Source of the DNA: Minutocellus sp. GHC0000111
Lineage: Eukaryota
Reading direction: 5' to 3'
NCBI GenBank assembly: GCA_977018835.1
Contig: OZ361259.1
Span: 2,108,001 to 2,172,000, forward strand
Length of the DNA: 64,000 bases
Made by a program: the position numbers and the translations under genes. Under the pieces are notes generated by a model. That model had not been told where the DNA came from. It was given only the letters and a program-made list of their open reading frames with translations, and searched no databases. How positions within the stretch are numbered: the stretch's first letter is position 1; each line of letters starts with the position of its first letter. Below are positions 58,400-64,000 of the stretch, piece after piece.

Positions 58400-61300
58400 T
58401 TACAGCCTTACTGAGAATCCAGAAATGCATTTGTAGTGGGTTCTACCCTCCAGGGTGTCTTGGCCGTTTGTGCTGACAGCTGCGCTGCTAACGGTGGAGC
58501 AATCCCAATGTTCATCGGTGTGGACATTGGATGGCACTCCCGTGCTACTTGCAACCAGCAACGCAAATAGACTGCGTCCTTCCGCGGTTCCCTGTATTGA
58601 GAGAAAACATCAGTATAGAGTTGATGTAGACCCGAGCAAATTGATCAGTATTGCGATAAGTATGAGTTGAATATCCCAAGTAAGTAGGAACAGAGGGACC
58701 TGAAGCGAGAAACCAACATGAGTGTGCAGGTGCGCACACAATTCCAGACTTACCCTGTCCTTCTTCTTTGAAGCAGATTTCTTGCTCGCGGTCACGGTCA
58801 TGCCGACTGGAACTGCCAAGTACTCATTCGACCGACTCTTTCTACTGTCACCAGTGTCACTCGCAAGTGATTTTCCATTCGTCTTGGTATTAGAAGCTCC
58901 GGTCCCGTCACTGCTTCCGGCCGCTGCCTTCTCCCTTCGCTGCTTTTCTGCTCTCGCTGCAGCAGCAGCAGCAGCTTTTCTTTCCTCTTCTTTTTTGGCG
59001 ACATCTGCGTGGTGCTGACGAATAACATCCTTCACTTTCTCTTCGGCAGCATCTCTATCTTCCGTGACCTTGCCACCACGGATAGTAACCATACCCGCGT
59101 CGCGGTCAATATCAATCATCACACCGAAATCTTTTTGGATGCTATTGACGACTGATCCCTTGCTTCCAATGATGGCGGGGATATCGCTACCTTCGATGTC
59201 AAAAGATTTACCAATATGTTGCCCTTCCCACGCCTTCATCCAGTCTCCAATTGCAGCTTTGGCAGACTGAACATTCGACTCGCTGCCTTGCACTTGCAAT
59301 CTACCTTCGGGCAATATCTCGATGGTGACATTGTATTCATCTCGGAGAGACGTGATGTGATCTCCGGACTTGCCAATAAAGGCCGGCTGAGCTTCGTCAG
59401 GGATATCAATGAATGCACACTCCTTCTTCATCGTGTCGATAAGCTCGATGAGCTTGGTTGCGACGGCGGAGACCTTTCCTCGTCCTTGCCGCAAACAATA
59501 ATTGTGAGTGCCTCCTTGGATGCTTCAATGGAGCAACCACTGTCCGTCTCCAGCGAACGAATGGTTGAGCCGCCTTTACCAATAATATTTGGTAGTAGCC
59601 ATGCTTCCGGCTGGCTCAACCTGTGAACGTAAACAAGCCGTTCCAGCTTAACAATACGATCTTTCACCAGCTTGGAGGCTGTCTGAACCTTGTCTGAGTC
59701 AGATGATCGGATCACTACGAACGACATGTCTCTATCGATACTGATTGATGCCCCACTGGCTGACACGATACCAGCAAGAGCGCTAGTATCGTCCATCGAT
59801 TTCATCAGGGACTTCTCCACCTTGATGTGTTCCATTGAAGAGGAGAGAACAAAGTCGAGGAAGTCAAAAAGAAGGGATTTGGCCTTCTCCACGCCAGACC
59901 TATTGCCGGTGACACATACAGCTTTCATGTCATCGTCAAGGGCAAGGTCAGTTTCGGTAGACGTTCGAATGCGCTCGAAGTGCGAGGGATCCTTGGTACG
60001 GCTGTGCTCACGATGGAATATTGGCCGGCATCAAGATCAATGTAGGATGTGTACGAGCCGGTGAGAATCTCCATCACCCGGCCCTTTGCATAGCGGACGT
60101 CAGACGAGACACCTCTGATGCGAACAGAAGAACTCGTCACTGTTATTTGAGTGTTGGTATCGGCACCAACATCTCTGAAAGACGACTCCTTTTCGAGCTC
60201 CTCTTTTTGGTCCGATGAGATTGGGAGAGACTCTTCCATCTTTGCGGTGGCCAGTGAGGCAACAATCTTGGATCGAGCTTCTTCCACCTTTTCCTCGGGT
60301 CCTCTCATGGTGAGGATTGCAGAAGAGTTGGAGTCATCACTGACCTGGATGCTAACTCCTGAATATTCAGCCTCGATTGCCTTGACGTTTTTACCACGCT
60401 TGCCTATAATTGTTCCAGCGGTACCATCGGGGAGAGACATCCGGACGACTGCAAAGCCATCTCCTCCCTCAAAGACCTGCTTGATACGCTGTACTCCCGC
60501 CTTGACATTGTCTTCTTTTCCGCGAATAAAGAGACGGTGCTCTGATGAGCGATAAATTAAAGTGACATCGTGCTCCTTTTCAACTCTCCGAACGAGACTA
60601 TTCTCGCCTCCCTGAAACAGAGCCTTTCCTTCGTGTGAAGGAATCTCATATTCCTCAACATAGTTAGAACCAAGGAGGTCAAGAACAAGAACAGCACCTC
60701 GGTCAACTTGTTCGGCAGTGCCGCGGAGCACGAAGTGTGTGTCCTCAGGATTCATTCGATACGTAACGCCGATTCTGTTCATTTCGTCCCTCAATTCCTT
60801 GCCGGGCCCTCCGAGCACACGTCCGATCAAGTTCTTTTGAATTGGTATTTCTCGAATTTGATTCTTGGCGATAATTGCTTCGATCGCAACCTTGATCTTT
60901 TCTCGCTCCTCCTCGTTATCAGCTTGAATGATGATAACGCCGGTGTCTTTCTCGACCTCGATCTCGCCACCAGCACCGAGGGCTCGTAGCTTCTTCACCA
61001 TCTGACCGCCTCGGCCAACAATTTGCGGGAGGGCGGCCAAGGGCGCATGAAGAGTGGTGCAGCACTCTGAGTTGAATTCATCGAGGCGCTGTTGCACCAA
61101 TTCCTTTGCCTTCGCGGCATAGATTTGTTTAGTTCGAATGAGCAATTTCGATCCCTTTCCTACAGCGTCCTTCCGAAAGGCCAGACGTACCATATCTTTC
61201 TGCACGCCCATCTCTTCGTTGATCTCCACCTGTGCAGCTCCAATTCGCTTGCCCTGATCAGCAAGGAGATACTGCCGCTGCATGGGATTGGCATTGACAA

Positions 61301-62621
61301 ATACCTCCACGTCCTTGTGGGCTGCGACCATAGTTTCGATTTCGGCAATGGCAGCCTCGGCAGCACTGGAAGGGCCATCTACAATGACGGTGGACGAATC
61401 TCCTCCCTGGTTCTTGTTGACGATGATCGCAACGCCATGTTTATCCGTGAGAGCATTTACCGTCGCTCCACCCTTGCCTACGATCAGACTCGCTTCTCTC
61501 GATGTCAAAATCTTGGACAAGGATCGCACTTGCATGGTTGCCAGATCCGTTTCTGCCGTTGCAATACGCTCTGGGATTCCAGTAAGGACCACTGCCGATC
61601 CACCCTCTGCAAAATTAATCCGGACGCGATGCTTAGCCCTGAACTTGTCCAGCATCCCAAGGCGTTTGCTCGACGTGAGGTAAGTCATGGTGGCCTTGGA
61701 TAGTGGTACCGTCTTGTCCACGGCCAGAGCAATAGCTTCAACCTCCCGGGCTGCCTTTTCCAGTGCCGCTTCACTTCCACTCAAGTGGATCTTGCTTTCC
61801 TCCTTGTCAACATCGATCTGAACTCCGGTCCTTGCTTCGATTAGGCGGACGTTGGCCCCGTTCTTGCCAATAACCTGCCCAAGCCTCTTCTCGGGACAAA
61901 GGATGGAGCGGGATTTGAGGTCGTTGGGGGAGCAATCCAACTTCTGGGCCAGCTGGACCTTGGCCAAGATGGTATCCAGCTCGGATATCGCCTCAAGCTT
62001 TTGTCTGTAAATTTCTCTCAACTTATCGAGCTCCTCCTTCTTCTGCCGAATCTTTCGCTCGTGCCGGTCATACTCATCCAGGGTTCGCTTCTCCTTCTGT
62101 ATCACTTGCATTTGGCGCAACAATGCCTTCTCCTCCGCCAGGGGTAGGCTGCTTCTGGTGCGCATGGCCTCCAATTCTTCCAGCTTGGCATCCAACACTT
62201 CTCGGTTTCCCTTCGGTTTCTTCGGGGCGGTCTTGCACAGACGATTCAGCTGCTCAAGAGCTGCATCGAGTTTTGCCTGAATTTTTGTTGAGGGCAGATC
62301 ATCAACGGCATGGCAGAAATAGAATTTTAGAATGAGACCCAGACAAATATCCGCGAGCAAGCCGCACAGCAGGATGTCGCATAATAGAACAGATATCATG
62401 ACGATGCAAGAAAGAATGCATTGGCACCATGGCAGATCCCGTGGGATGGTCGCGGATGCAGTTGCCAAGTCATTCATCATTTATTTTATTTCACGGTTTT
62501 GCTTGCCCTTCCGTCGCTTGATGCGTAGCGAACCGCAGCCATCATCACTCACCTTGTCCAATTCCTTCTCGGCATTCGTTGCCCCGAGGCGCTTTTGCAG
62601 CAGAGCTGACTTATCCGCCAT
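58400..62621 (-). pseudogene. Multi-KH-domain (vigilin/Scp160-like) RNA-binding protein; introns 62552-62277 and ~58753-58592; 1-bp frameshifts at ~60000 and ~59476
   Basis: Many IGKxG loops (VIGKNG, IVGKGG, IVGRGG, IIGKRG, IIGKGG, FIGKSG, IIGSKG) continuing across three overlapping ORFs; N-terminal coiled coil. Confidence 0.82.
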
Positions 62622-63252
62622 GGCACCCGTGGACAGTTATGGGGTTGCTTTTGGCTGTTGGTATGGTCACGTTGGCAGTAACGACGGTAAAAGCGGTGGC
62701 AGATACGCCATGCGAGAAAATAACAAATGGGGACAAATAACTGAAATTAGGGGCTTCCCATTCCCCGCTACTATTTTTGTCACACTTCCCGACTTGTTCG
62801 AGTGCTTGAATCTCATCAATGTGTCATGTGTGCTTGTGGGGTCGCGGGATCGGCATCTGTAGCATTGCTCGGTCTCACTATTTTACTTCTCATCAAACAT
62901 TATGAGAATCATCAATTGCCGGCTCTATCCGTCTCTGCTTGCCTCTTTCTAAGACAGGAATCTTATTGCACCTATTGAATAAAAACAATATCACTTTTCC
63001 TTCTTTCCCTCAGTCGCCATCGTCGTCTTGAATTAAGGCTGTGCTCCTCGATCTACCGGTAGGACAGGATAGCTCAACCTTCTCTCTAGAGATGAAACAA
63101 GACCGTTTCGATCGTACCCACACTCTATTTAAAATCTATATATATAGGCGAAACCCTTTTTAGGACGTAGCATATACGTAGCATTCACCCGGTGAATTCG
63201 CATTGCTACTACTTCGATCGGTTGATCGATTTTTCTACACGTAGCGACTTCA

Positions 63253-64000
63253 CTACGCAAGCACGGCGGCTGCTGTGCGCAAATGTCGTGCTACGGAGAT
63301 TGGCGACGAGGAATCTGAGATTGTAGATGCAGCATCGTCTCCCTCGGCCTTAGTTGGTGTGGATGGGTTGACGGGGGTTTCAGGTTGTTTCGTACCATTG
63401 TGGGAATCTTGGTCGTCATTTGAAAGAGCATATTCTTCACTGTTCTCGTACAGATTCCAAAGGCGCTCTTTTGTAAACGCAAGAGCTTCCATATCGATCT
63501 GACTGCCTGGCGAGACTGTTCGAATGAGTTCATCAAAATCACGAAGATAACTCGACGAGGCTGATGCCGAAGATAGAAGACCAAGACCCTCCATCGCGTT
63601 GAAAATTGATGCAATTGCAACAGTCGAAGCCTTTTGCGTCACGGAGACGGAATAATCGCAGATGGAAAGTTCGGCAAAGAAGAGAGAAAAATCCAAGAGG
63701 CATGTGGCCATTTCATCATCTTCAATGGTAGGGGTTGAGGGGATGGTTGGGAGAATATTCAGCAGTCTCGACACAAGACAAATGACTGTAGGGGGGTGGA
63801 GTCGCCAATGGAGTGTCTCGGATATCACGGATTCGAATTCAGCGATGTCGATCATCGCAAACTCTCCTCGGCTGAGATCCGAAAGGACGCCAATCATGCG
63901 CATCTTGTCTGGCTGATGCACTTTGACGGCGAGGTGAAGGGCTGCAGTTGCGGCTCTCTTGAAGATTCGCCGATCAATCATGGGCACACGGCTAAGGTAT
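63253..64000 (-). CDS. Cyclin (diatom-specific cyclin-like), 5'-partial
   Basis: YLS..AALHLAVK, E..I.ETLHWRLHPPT, FFAELSICDY, ASTVAIASIFNA. Confidence 0.85.
   Translation of the reverse strand, partial: YLSRVPMIDRRIFKRAATAALHLAVKVHQPDKMRMIGVLSDLSRGEFAMIDIAEFESVISETLHWRLHPPTVICLVSRLLNILPTIPSTPTIEDDEMATCLLDFSLFFAELSICDYSVSVTQKASTVAIASIFNAMEGLGLLSSASASSSYLRDFDELIRTVSPGSQIDMEALAFTKERLWNLYENSEEYALSNDDQDSHNGTKQPETPVNPSTPTKAEGDDAASTISDSSSPISVARHLRTAAAVLA

Overview
Gene-dense eukaryotic nuclear DNA, almost certainly from a diatom. Evidence: short GT-AG introns, bipartite signal+F plastid-targeting peptides, a silicanin-like RXL protein, and a diatom-type cyclin and kinase. Main observations: (1) An 18.25-kb head-to-tail tandem duplication (4270-22519 / 22520-40763) is joined at a 2-bp CT microhomology that fuses a prenylcysteine-oxidase-like 5' half to a DnaJ/ERdj3 3' half. 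(2) A 2.0-kb non-coding element with split direct repeats (A1-internal-B1-A2-B2), no target-site duplication and an internal array of hairpin-forming repeats sits in the divergent LIAS/aminotransferase promoter. This is the architecture of a non-autonomous tyrosine-recombinase (PAT/Ngaro/TOC1-type) retroelement. (3) An unusual fusion joins an isochorismatase-like cysteine hydrolase to a FluG/NodGS-type glutamine-synthetase domain. (4) About 9 of 24 distinct genes carry in-frame stops, 1-bp frameshifts or a deletion, and those inside the duplication are shared by both copies, suggesting a decaying haplotype or subgenome rather than random read error. Also present: a truncated mariner transposase and an M6 metalloprotease with symmetric (VPPTP)n micro-exons. 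All family assignments are from motif recognition by eye; no searches were run.
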